Shown here: positions 30,728 through 41,706 of the stretch, piece after piece
Layout: each line of letters begins with the position of its first letter
How positions within the stretch are numbered: the first letter of the stretch is position 1
Assembly: GCA_963745845.1 (NCBI GenBank)
Contig: CAVUZE010000007.1
Coordinates: forward strand, 130,672-194,671
Length of the DNA: 64,000 nt
Direction: 5' to 3'
DNA from: an uncultured Acidobacteriaceae bacterium
GTDB taxonomy: Bacteria; Acidobacteriota; Terriglobia; Terriglobales; Acidobacteriaceae
Notes under the pieces: generated by a model
The model's input: only the letters and a program-made list of their open reading frames with translations
The model's database searches: none
What the model was told of the DNA's origin: nothing
Translations under genes and position numbers: made by a program

Positions 30728-31834
30728 ATGACGAACGAAGAAACATCGGACATCTCAAGGTATTCTGAACAAAACCTCGCCCAGTTTTTTTCGAATCTGG
30801 AGGCTGCTGCGCGGTTTGAAGCTGCGAATGCTCGCTCGCTGGAGGAAATAGAAAATCTCAGGCTGGCGTGGTTCGGACGCAAGCAGGGCTTGCTAAAGGT
30901 GCAGTCCGACCAATGGCTCAGGAACGCCCCACCTGAGGCCAAGAAGCCCCTCGGGCAACGCTTCAACGCGCTCAAGGCGGTCTTGGAAGACCTGCTGAAC
31001 CAGATGACGGGATCCGGCCCGAACGATGCTGCTCTCGCCGCCGAGGCCATCGACATCACACTCCCCGGCACCCGTCGCCTCACGGGTGCAGAGCATCCCA
31101 TTACGCGCACGCTGAACGAAATCACCAGTGTTTTCGCGGCTCTGGGCTACTCTGTAGGCGTCGGCCCCGAGGTCGAAACCGACTTCTACAACTTCGAGAG
31201 CATGAATTTTCCGCCGGGTCATCCCGCGCGCGACACGCAGGACACGCTGGTCATCGCCAATCAGGAGCGGCGCCCGTTGCGTGACCGCCTGCTTCTGCGC
31301 ACGCATACTTCGCCGGTGCAGATGCGCACCATGGAGCAGCAGCCGCCGCCCGTCCGTATCGTGATTCCCGGCAAAGTACACAGGAATGAAGCCGACGATG
31401 CGACCCACTCTTCCACCTTCCATCAGGTCGAGGGCCTCTGCGTCGATACCAACATCACCTTCAGTGATCTCAAAGGCACGCTCGATCACGCGATGAAGGC
31501 TCTCTTCGGCTCCTCGGTCAAGACACGCTTCTTTCCGTCGTTTTTCCCGTTTACTGAGCCGAGTGCCGATGTGCAGATCAGCTGCATTTTCTGCGGAGGC
31601 AAAGGTTGCCGCAAATGCAAGCACTCCGGCTGGATTGAGCTGCTGGGCTGCGGCATGGTCGATCCCGCCGTTTTTGCTTTCGCCGCCGAGAAGCAGCCAG
31701 GCTACGACCCGAAAAAGGTCTCCGGCTTCGCCTTTGGCATGGGGGCGGAGCGGATCGCGATGATGAAGTATGGCGTAAGCGATATTGGGCAGTTTTACTC
31801 AGGCGATATGCGGTTCTTGGGGCAGTTTGCGTAG
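30728..31834 (+). CDS. pheS: Phenylalanyl-tRNA synthetase alpha subunit
   Basis: HPARDTQDT, LLRTHTSPVQ, FHQVEG, FFPFTEPS, CxxC..CxxC insert, FAFGMGAERI. Confidence 0.97.
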   Translation: MTNEETSDISRYSEQNLAQFFSNLEAAARFEAANARSLEEIENLRLAWFGRKQGLLKVQSDQWLRNAPPEAKKPLGQRFNALKAVLEDLLNQMTGSGPNDAALAAEAIDITLPGTRRLTGAEHPITRTLNEITSVFAALGYSVGVGPEVETDFYNFESMNFPPGHPARDTQDTLVIANQERRPLRDRLLLRTHTSPVQMRTMEQQPPPVRIVIPGKVHRNEADDATHSSTFHQVEGLCVDTNITFSDLKGTLDHAMKALFGSSVKTRFFPSFFPFTEPSADVQISCIFCGGKGCRKCKHSGWIELLGCGMVDPAVFAFAAEKQPGYDPKKVSGFAFGMGAERIAMMKYGVSDIGQFYSGDMRFLGQFA

Positions 31835-31839
31835 GCGGG

Positions 31840-32193
31840 ATGAGCAGAACTCGACACTATCGAGACTTGATCGCATGGCAGAAAGCCATGGATCTCGCAC
31901 GTGCAATCTATGCGCAAACCGAAGAATTCCCTAAGTCGGAGACATTTGGGCTGCGAATGCAATTGCGTCGATCGGCTGTCAACACGGCCAGCCACATCGC
32001 CGAAGGCCATGGTCGATTAACCGACGCAGAGAATCGCAAATCGCGCAGCGTAGCTCGTGGCTCTCTAAATGAACTGCAAACGGAGCTTGAACTCGCGGGA
32101 AGCCTCGGATTCATAAACGAAGAAGCAACGAACGCATTGGTCGACCTCGCGACCGAAGTGGCGAAGCTGATCAATGGATTGCTAGGCGCTTGA
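31840..32193 (+). CDS. Four-helix-bundle protein (23S rRNA-IVS protein/Avd-like)
   Basis: YRDLIAWQKAMDL...FPKSETFGL..QLRR.AV...S.IAEG.GR...ARGSL.ELQT. Confidence 0.85.
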   Translation: MSRTRHYRDLIAWQKAMDLARAIYAQTEEFPKSETFGLRMQLRRSAVNTASHIAEGHGRLTDAENRKSRSVARGSLNELQTELELAGSLGFINEEATNALVDLATEVAKLINGLLGA

Positions 32194-32204
32194 GAAGGAA
32201 CCTC

Positions 32205-32248
32205 GCTAACTCGCCGACCTGCTATCGTGCGAAGCGCGGCTAACTCGC
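32205..32248 (+). repeat. 10-nt direct repeat GCTAACTCGC x2
   Basis: Copies at 32205-14 and 32239-48 between the four-helix gene and pheT. Confidence 0.5.
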
Positions 32249-32268
32249 TAGGAGATTAAGAGAGGGCA

Positions 32269-34380
32269 ATGAAGATTTTGACCAAATGGCTCCGCAGTTA
32301 TCTGCCCGAACTCCCGGTGTCAGACACGCAACTTGCCGAAGACCTCACGCTGCGCGGCATCGCCGTCGAAGGGATCTTCGATCTCGGGCCGAATAAAGGA
32401 TCCCTCTACGAGATGGACATCACGACCAACCGCGTCGATGCGATGAACCACTACGGCATTGCGCGCGAGGCAGCTGCGATCTATGGAGTCGAACTCAGGC
32501 CGCTTGATGTCGCGCTTCCCGAATTCCGGGCGTCCGATCGGGAATTCTCCGTACGCATCGAGGCCGACGACGCATGCGGACGATTCACGGCGCGTGTATT
32601 GCGCGGCATCGCGATCGGCGAATCGCGCGACTGGTTTCCGGCTGCCGAAGTCGCGACGTATTTCAACCTTCTCGATCAGAAAAAGATATCGAACGCCGTT
32701 GATGCCACGAACTTTGCGTGGCTCGCCATGGGCCAGCCCACGCACGCCTTCGACCTCGACAAGATTGAAGGCGGCATCGTCGTTCGCCGGGCGCGCAAAG
32801 GCGAGAAGCTTAAGACTCTCGACGGAGTAGAACGAACGCTCGATCCAGAGGACCTCATCATCGCCGACCACGCAAAACCTCTCGGGCTCGCGGGCGTTAT
32901 GGGTGGATGGGACACGATGATTACCCCGTCCACGACCAACGTTCTCGTGGAAGCTGCCTGGTTTGAGCCGATGGCTGTGCGCCGCACCGCGCGCCGCCAT
33001 GGCCTCCACACCGATGCCAGCCATCGCTTTGAACGGGGCGCCGATTTCAACGCCGCGTCCGTAGCCTCGGCGATTGTCTCGCGCATTCTGCTCGCCAACG
33101 GCGGAACGATCGAAGGCGATCTCGTCGATGTGCGCGTACCGGCGTGGGAGTCCCGAACCGCCCATCGCAAGCCGATAAGGCTCGCGCTCAGCGAAGTTCA
33201 CCGCATCCTCGGCAAGACAGAAGACATAGAAGGCATCTCCGCTTCAACTGTTGAAGGTTTTCTCACCGCGCTCGGCTGCCAACTCACGCCCGCGCAATCC
33301 GCCGAACCCGCATGGAGCGTGGTCCTTCCCAGTTGGCGATTGGACATTGAACGCGAGATCGACCTCGTCGAAGAAGTGGCCCGCGTTTACGGCTACAACC
33401 GTTTCGCCAACACGCTCCCTGCATTTGGCAAAGGTGTGCTCGCTTTGCCATGGGCCGAGGCCGAGTCCGCCGTGCGCCGCACACTGCTCTCTACAGGCTT
33501 CCACGAATCCATCGCCAGTACGTTCTGTTCGGCAGCAGAAGCAGCGCTGACCGCTCCGCAGCCGGGGCTCGTCGTGCCGCTTGGCAACCCGCTCAGCGAA
33601 GAGGCTGGCGTGCTGCGCCCCTCGCTGATTCCCGGCATGCTGACCACTGTAGCCGGCAATCTTCACCGGGACGTAAGCGATGTCCATCTCTTCGAGCTGG
33701 GCACGGTCTTCAGCGGCACCACTGAAAAGGTTGACGAGCATCCCGCGCTCGCTTTCGCCGCTGCGGGCGCACTCCCCGAGGAGTCTGCGCTTCATCCCCC
33801 GCGCGCGATCGAATTCGACGACGTCAAGGGCGTGGTCGAGCAGGTTCTTTCGCGTTTCCAGACGCGCACCATCTACTTCGACCGGTTCGAGTCCGGCGCA
33901 GGACTGACGCCGGCATGGCTCCATCCGTATCGCGCGGCCCGCGTGGTGGCAGAGGGCGTCACCGTGGGCTGGTTTGGGCAGTTGCATCCCAATGAAGCCG
34001 GTGCCCGCAAACTCAAGGAGGCCGTGCTTCTCGGCGAACTCTACCTCGACCGGCTCTATAAGTTACCGCTGCGCAAACCATCCGCGCACGAAATCTCGCG
34101 CTTCCAGCCAGTCAGGCGCGATTTTTCTCTTGTGCTGGATAAAAACATCGCATGGGAGGCAATCGACAAGGCGCTTTCGGCGCTTGCGATTCCCGAACTC
34201 GTCGAGTGGCGCCCGCGCGAAGTCTTCCACGATACTAAGCTTGGCCCGCACGAGTATTCGCTGTTGCTCGGCACTACATTTCAGGCGCCGGACCGCACCC
34301 TCCGTGAAGAAGAACTGCAGGCGTTCCAATCAGGGATTGTTGCCGCCGTTGCAAAGGCTGGAGCTCGTCTGCGGACCTAG
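32269..34380 (+). CDS. pheT: Phenylalanyl-tRNA synthetase beta subunit (lacks the B2 OB domain)
   Basis: DITTNRVDA..HYGIARE, GQPTHAFDLDKI, HTDASHRFERG, DLVEEVARVYG, C-terminal FDX-ACB domain. Confidence 0.95.
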   Translation: MKILTKWLRSYLPELPVSDTQLAEDLTLRGIAVEGIFDLGPNKGSLYEMDITTNRVDAMNHYGIAREAAAIYGVELRPLDVALPEFRASDREFSVRIEADDACGRFTARVLRGIAIGESRDWFPAAEVATYFNLLDQKKISNAVDATNFAWLAMGQPTHAFDLDKIEGGIVVRRARKGEKLKTLDGVERTLDPEDLIIADHAKPLGLAGVMGGWDTMITPSTTNVLVEAAWFEPMAVRRTARRHGLHTDASHRFERGADFNAASVASAIVSRILLANGGTIEGDLVDVRVPAWESRTAHRKPIRLALSEVHRILGKTEDIEGISASTVEGFLTALGCQLTPAQSAEPAWSVVLPSWRLDIEREIDLVEEVARVYGYNRFANTLPAFGKGVLALPWAEAESAVRRTLLSTGFHESIASTFCSAAEAALTAPQPGLVVPLGNPLSEEAGVLRPSLIPGMLTTVAGNLHRDVSDVHLFELGTVFSGTTEKVDEHPALAFAAAGALPEESALHPPRAIEFDDVKGVVEQVLSRFQTRTIYFDRFESGAGLTPAWLHPYRAARVVAEGVTVGWFGQLHPNEAGARKLKEAVLLGELYLDRLYKLPLRKPSAHEISRFQPVRRDFSLVLDKNIAWEAIDKALSALAIPELVEWRPREVFHDTKLGPHEYSLLLGTTFQAPDRTLREEELQAFQSGIVAAVAKAGARLRT

Positions 34381-34582
34381 CCGGAATCTGAACGGATGTA
34401 CTCGAAGCACGTCCATCGAGTGGCTTTTCATCGAGAAAAAGCCACCTCGCACGATTTCAAAAGGGGCAACGTTGTTCGGATTCCTCTTGAATAGGTACCA
34501 GCTATCCACACACCCCAACCTTACCGGCGCGAAATTACGGCGCTATACTTGCACGAAGCGCGAAAGCGCGGAGGTTGTTTTT

Positions 34583-34921
34583 ATGTCGCAAACATTCTTT
34601 GAAGCCGACGTTGCAGAAGACACCCGGGCTGCACAACACGCCGTTCCTGCCCATGGTGAAACTGCAGCATTTGCCCTGAGCGCCGATGATTTTTCGGCGC
34701 TTGAAGAGCGCGTCGTTCGCGCCGTTGAACTGGTCAAACGAGAGCGCCTGGCCCGAGCCGCAGCCGAGGAACGCGCCGCCAAGGCCGAAGCGCAGCTCGC
34801 GGAACAATCCCCCCTCGCGGACCAGATGAAACAGGAAATCCGTTCGCTGCGCTCCGAGCGCGACCAGGTACGCCAGCGCGTCGAGCGTCTGCTGTCCCAA
34901 CTCGATGCTCTCGAACTTTGA
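34583..34921 (+). CDS. ZapB-like coiled-coil cell-division protein
   Basis: GGAGG SD; FSALEERVVRAVELV...VRQRVERLLSQLDAL coiled coil; immediately upstream of zapA. Confidence 0.7.
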   Translation: MSQTFFEADVAEDTRAAQHAVPAHGETAAFALSADDFSALEERVVRAVELVKRERLARAAAEERAAKAEAQLAEQSPLADQMKQEIRSLRSERDQVRQRVERLLSQLDALEL

Positions 34922-34929
34922 GGTAATCC

Positions 34930-35244
34930 ATGGCGAAAAATGAGGCGGCCACACCGCCGGGCTACACCACCGTAACCATCTACGACCAGGCTTATCACCT
35001 CACCGGCCAGAACCCCGCGCACATTCATCGGCTCGCCGAATTGGTCGACAGCAAAATGCGCGCCGTTGCCTCGCAAGGGCGTACTGTAGACTCCTTGCGG
35101 GTGGCTGTGCTTGCCGCGCTCAATCTCGCCGACGAGCTTTCGCAGGCGTCAGGACCTGATGCGCGTGATGGCCACGCACGCGCGCTCACCTTGCGCGGAC
35201 TTCTGGATGAAGTCCTTGAAGAGGACCGCAAGACGGGCTCATAG
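34930..35244 (+). CDS. zapA: Cell division protein ZapA
   Basis: VTIYDQAY...LAELVDSKM...RVAVLAALNLADEL. Confidence 0.92.
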   Translation: MAKNEAATPPGYTTVTIYDQAYHLTGQNPAHIHRLAELVDSKMRAVASQGRTVDSLRVAVLAALNLADELSQASGPDARDGHARALTLRGLLDEVLEEDRKTGS

Positions 35245-35356
35245 AGCGTGTGTGGGTCAAGGGTGGCAGGCTTGGAACGCATTCCCAATTGGGCGCGAAG
35301 TTCCCAAATCGAGAAGGCTGAAAAACGTATCACACCTTAGTTACCCCGCACAAGAC

Positions 35357-35385
35357 TTGCAATTCTCCGCAACAGCACCTACTAT
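35357..35385 (+). promoter_or_regulatory. Sigma-70 promoter for 6S RNA
   Basis: TTGCAA, 17-bp spacer, TACTAT. Confidence 0.7.
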
Positions 35386-35396
35386 CCGCAATAGAA

Positions 35397-35582
35397 ACCG
35401 GCCTGCAAAGCAGGTGGGTGATCAACGCTGGTTGAACCAACATTCAATGAACAGGGGCTCGACTCGTCCATAACGGTTCTGTGTGCCGTGTCCGCCAGTC
35501 CGGAATGCCTAATGAACCGCGGGGAGCTCCACCGTCTTAGGACGGGTTCACCGGCGCATCGCTCACGGCCCAGTGGGTCGGC
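35397..35582 (+). ncRNA. ssrS: 6S RNA
   Basis: ~185 nt downstream of zapA (known synteny); ends pair (CCGGCCT/GGGTCGG, GTGGGTGAT/ATCGCTCAC); internal TTGAACCAACA...GGGTTCA typical of 6S RNAs; T-run follows. Confidence 0.82.
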
Positions 35583-35621
35583 TTTCTTTTTCCCTCCGTT
35601 GAGAAGATATTCTTCTCTTAC

Positions 35622-36449
35622 GTGCATCCGGTTCTCTTCCACTTCGGCCCAATCGTTGTCCCATCGTACGGCGTCCTGTCGGCGCTCGGTGTTTTGCTCG
35701 CACTGACGCTGCTGCTTCGGACGGCCCGCCTGGTCGGCGTCAATCCCAATCGGCTGTGGAATCTCTGCATCGTTGCCCTTTTCGCCGCGCTCGCGGGTTC
35801 TCGCATTCTGCTCGTTATTCTGAATTGGACCGTGGTGCGGAGTCATCCTGCGTGGCTGCTCGGTCTTGCCATGGTGCACCACCCGTTGCTCGCCGGTGTC
35901 GGCGCGGTGATTGCACTTGCAGTTGCCGTGCCCTTCGCGCGCTGGCAACAACTGCCTTTGGGACCCACGGCCGATGCGCTTGCTCCACCGGTGGCGTTGG
36001 CGCTGGCATGCGAACAAATTGGCGCCTTGCTGTCCGGCGCGGGCTACGGAACCGAAACCACGGTGCGATGGGCTGTCGTCTACACGCATCTGCTCGCCGC
36101 ACGTTGGAGCGGCACGCCGCTTTTTATCCCTGTCCATCCCGTACAGGCCTACGCGGCTTTCGCATTTCTCGCCATTTTTCTGGGGCTGTTTTTCTGGATG
36201 CCACATCGGCGTCAATCGGGTGAAGTCGCCGGCATCGGTCTCATCACGACAGGCGCGGCCATTTATTTCACCGAGTTCTGGCGCGACCCCGAAGGCCGGG
36301 GCTCCATCTTCCACGGTGCGGTTGACGGGCCTCAGTTGGCCGCCATTGTGCTCGTCTTGGTCGGTGCTTTTGCTCTGCGTCAGCGCGAAGACGGGCGCAT
36401 CGTCGCACGCAACGCGACCGACCAAGCTGCCGAGGTACCGCATGCCTGA
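35622..36449 (+). CDS. lgt: Prolipoprotein diacylglyceryl transferase-like protein with degenerate active site
   Basis: MHPVLFHFG..VPSYG, D.LAP, GYG..T...WAV, HPVQAY, EFWR; both essential Arg positions substituted. Confidence 0.7.
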   Translation: MHPVLFHFGPIVVPSYGVLSALGVLLALTLLLRTARLVGVNPNRLWNLCIVALFAALAGSRILLVILNWTVVRSHPAWLLGLAMVHHPLLAGVGAVIALAVAVPFARWQQLPLGPTADALAPPVALALACEQIGALLSGAGYGTETTVRWAVVYTHLLAARWSGTPLFIPVHPVQAYAAFAFLAIFLGLFFWMPHRRQSGEVAGIGLITTGAAIYFTEFWRDPEGRGSIFHGAVDGPQLAAIVLVLVGAFALRQREDGRIVARNATDQAAEVPHA

Positions 36450-37443
36450 CGTGCGCAATGTTCTTGTTCCAGCCGAAGCAGCGGGCCAGCGTCTCGATCA
36501 TTTTCTCGCCACACAGCTTGACGGCGTCAGCCGTTCGCGAGTGCAGTTACTCCTCGATCAGGGCGATGTGCTTGTGAATGGCGTACCGTTGAAGCCCTCG
36601 TTCAAACTGCGCGGCGGCGAGCAGATCGTGATCACCGGCGAACCTCATCCCGCACCGCTCAAGGCCACACCGGAAGACATTCCGCTCGACGTGGTCTACG
36701 AAGACGCCGACATCGCGGTGATCAACAAGCCCGCCGGCATGATGGTGCATGCCGGTTCCGGCCAATCAGATGATGCCCGCAGCCGTGGCACGCTCGTGAA
36801 CGCGCTCCTGCACCGTTTCCATGCACTTTCGTCCAGCGGGGGCGATCTGCGTCCGGGGATTGTGCACCGGCTCGATAAGAATACGAGCGGCCTCATCGTC
36901 GTCGCCAAAAACGACGCCGCTCACGCAGCCCTCGCTAGACTGTTTTCCGGCCGTCAAATCAACAAGACTTACATCGCGCTGGTTCACGGCGATCTCAAAA
37001 GTGACAAGGGGACCATCAGCGCATCCATCGGCCGCGATCCCATTCGACGCACGCGCATGACGGCGCGGCCTACCGAAAACGCCCGTTCGGCCGTCTCTCA
37101 CTATGACGTGGTGCGACGGCTCTCAACCCGTTTTGGTAAATTCACGCTGGTTCGTGTGCGTATCGAGACCGGCCGCACGCATCAGATCCGCGTCCACATG
37201 GCGTTTATCGGTCACCCGGTTGTCGGCGACACGCTTTACGGCGCCGCAGGTCAACTGACCGAACAGCAACCTACTCGCCCCAAACAAGAGCCGGAAAAGC
37301 TGCGGCTGGGCCGAAACTTTCTCCATGCGGCACAACTGGAATTTCAGCATCCGATCTCGAAAAAACCTTTGCAGCTCGATGCGCCTCTTTCGGCGGAATT
37401 GAACGTGTTTCTCGAGAACCTCGAACGTGATTCACGAACCTAG
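36442..37443 (+). CDS. rluD: RluA/RluD-family pseudouridine synthase with S4 domain
   Basis: RLDHFL, VINKPAG, GIVHRLDKNTSG (catalytic Asp), ETGRTHQIRVH, GDTLYG, LHA. Confidence 0.92.
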   Translation: MPDVRNVLVPAEAAGQRLDHFLATQLDGVSRSRVQLLLDQGDVLVNGVPLKPSFKLRGGEQIVITGEPHPAPLKATPEDIPLDVVYEDADIAVINKPAGMMVHAGSGQSDDARSRGTLVNALLHRFHALSSSGGDLRPGIVHRLDKNTSGLIVVAKNDAAHAALARLFSGRQINKTYIALVHGDLKSDKGTISASIGRDPIRRTRMTARPTENARSAVSHYDVVRRLSTRFGKFTLVRVRIETGRTHQIRVHMAFIGHPVVGDTLYGAAGQLTEQQPTRPKQEPEKLRLGRNFLHAAQLEFQHPISKKPLQLDAPLSAELNVFLENLERDSRT

Positions 37444-37500
37444 AGCTACAATGCCGTAAGTAACTTGCGCTCAATATCGGATTGGTAGAATAAGAAAGAT

Positions 37501-38535
37501 ATGACCCCAAAGCTGTTAAGTCTGGTACTCGCGGGATGCGCCTGTGCCGCAACTTTGCAAGCTGAACAATCAGCGCCGTCGACGACCGCCCCCGCGCCTG
37601 CACAAACGCCGGCTGCGACTTCTGCACCGGCGGCTACGGCGCAACAACCAGCGCAGCAGCCGGCACCGCAGTCGGGCAATGACGCCGACGCGGCCACGGC
37701 ACCAACCCTTCGTCTGGGAGTCAACGAAGTCAATCTTATTTTCACCGTCACTGACAGGCACGGCCACTACATCCCCAATTTGCAGTTGAACGACTTCGCC
37801 CTGCTTGACGATCAGCGGGCTCCGCAGAAGGTCAATTCTTTCCGCCAGCAGATCAATCTCCCTTTGCGTGTTGGCATCGTCATTGACGCCAGCACCTCGA
37901 TCCGTACGCGCTTTCAATTCGAGCAACAATCCGCAACCGAGTTTCTGCTCGATATCCTCAAGGCGCGCAGCGATCGTGCTTTTGTGATGGGGTTTGACGT
38001 GACGCCGACCGTCGAACAGGACTGGACCAACAACATAGACGCACTTGAAACCGGTATCAACCGCCTGCGCCCCGGTGGCGGCACAGCCCTCTTCGACGCC
38101 GTCTACACCGCATGCCGCGACAAGTTGCTCACCGAGCGCGGTCCGGAACCTGTGCGCAAGGCGATGATCCTTATCTCCGACGGGGACGACAATCAGAGCC
38201 GTGTCCATCCTGACGAGGCAATCAAGGAATGTCAGCGCGCCGAAACCATCATTTACGCCATCAGCACCAACTGGACCCCAAGCCGTGGCAAGGGGGATAA
38301 GGTGCTGAGCGACATGGCCGAAGCGACAGGCGGCCAGGTCTTCTTTCCGCCCTCCGTTGAAGAAATGTCGAACAGCTTCAAACAAATTGAAGAAGAATTG
38401 CGCAGCCAATATGCGCTTACGTACACACCCGCCGATTTCAAGTATGACGGCGCGTTCCGCACTATCTATCTTTACTGCAACGATCGCCGGTACCAGGTTC
38501 GCGCCAAGAAGGGCTACTTTGCTCCGCGCCAGTAG
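37501..38535 (+). CDS. Secreted VWA-domain protein (acidobacterial VWFA-related type)
   Basis: Signal peptide, Pro/Ala/Gln linker, VNLIFTVTD, DASTS MIDAS-like motif, GGTALFDA, LISDG.D, TGG, ELRSQY.L.Y.P. Confidence 0.85.
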   Translation: MTPKLLSLVLAGCACAATLQAEQSAPSTTAPAPAQTPAATSAPAATAQQPAQQPAPQSGNDADAATAPTLRLGVNEVNLIFTVTDRHGHYIPNLQLNDFALLDDQRAPQKVNSFRQQINLPLRVGIVIDASTSIRTRFQFEQQSATEFLLDILKARSDRAFVMGFDVTPTVEQDWTNNIDALETGINRLRPGGGTALFDAVYTACRDKLLTERGPEPVRKAMILISDGDDNQSRVHPDEAIKECQRAETIIYAISTNWTPSRGKGDKVLSDMAEATGGQVFFPPSVEEMSNSFKQIEEELRSQYALTYTPADFKYDGAFRTIYLYCNDRRYQVRAKKGYFAPRQ

Positions 38536-38869
38536 CGGTCAAACGTCAAGCGCAAAGAACAATTCGACTGAATCTCTGTTCGCATTCTTCTTGATTTAGC
38601 GATTTCGATGTAGTGTTCCCGTTTCAGGACGCCTCGTCGCTTATCCGTCCGCCTCGGCTTTTTCCTGCGATTCCTTTCGCTCTCGACTTTACCGATCGCT
38701 CCAGCTTCCGATGAAATGGGATGTAGGCAGCGAGAGCGGTTCCACAATTCATGCGCCGTTGCCAGTTCCGTTCAAGGTGGCATTTTCTTAAAGGGAAAAT
38801 GCCACTTAGCAGCAGCGGTTTCGGGGTATAGCAATTGTGACCCGCTGTAGCCTGGAGGCAGAAGGTCCG

Positions 38870-39415
38870 GTGATTCGCCAGGCCATTTCGTGCGACATTT
38901 GCGGTAGGGATAAGCAGCAAACCAACCACTGGTTTGTAGCCTACGAGCATGGCACGGAGCTCCGCATCGGTGGTTGGAATTCGCAGGCGCGCCTGCGTAT
39001 CAGCGCAAAGCATCTCTGCGGGCAAACCTGCCTGCACAAGCTCGTGGATGATTACATGGCCCGTACGCTCGCGATGCGGACCGTTGCTGCGGCCGACGAA
39101 CCGGAAACGGCTGAGCAAAAGGTTCTTACCGCCCCTGCCGCGCGCACGGACGCGAGCCTGACTTCGGCTGCTGCGCACCCGCCTCCGATTCAAATCGCTC
39201 CACAGATTGTTCCAGCCTACTCCGACGAAGGTGAGTCGTCAGCGCGCATCCTCGCGTCTACAACCTTCAGCACGCGCGCAGAACCAAAAGCTGTTCCGAC
39301 TCCGCCCAACTATAATTCTCGCGCCTGGCGGGTTGAAGCCTGGAAGCGCGAGCAGGCGCGCGAGCAGCGTACCGCCCGCAATTCCCCTGGACCTCGCCGA
39401 CGTTCAATCGCATAG
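38870..39415 (+). CDS. Hypothetical protein with N-terminal four-Cys putative zinc module
   Basis: CDICG...HWF...HLCGQTC; GGAGG upstream of GTG 38870. Confidence 0.65.
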   Translation: MIRQAISCDICGRDKQQTNHWFVAYEHGTELRIGGWNSQARLRISAKHLCGQTCLHKLVDDYMARTLAMRTVAAADEPETAEQKVLTAPAARTDASLTSAAAHPPPIQIAPQIVPAYSDEGESSARILASTTFSTRAEPKAVPTPPNYNSRAWRVEAWKREQAREQRTARNSPGPRRRSIA

Positions 39416-39456
39416 AGGCGAGACAAGCCAATGAGCCAACATCCGCACCCTTGGTC

Positions 39457-41607
<2,151 letters not shown>

Positions 41608-41706
41608 CTACCAACGCACTTTGTTTTGCCTCTCCTGAGTGAGCTTGCCGCGCCAGCAGCGTATGGCCCCGCCGCAGGTGGCCGCTATCATGGTCTCCAG
41701 CGAACT

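Noticed and set aside
33882-33896. tRNA T-arm look-alike CCGG-TTCGAGT-CCGG inside pheT
   Set aside because: No acceptor, D or anticodon arms around it; it encodes RFES in frame. A similar GTTCGAGTCC near 50391 lacks even the stem.
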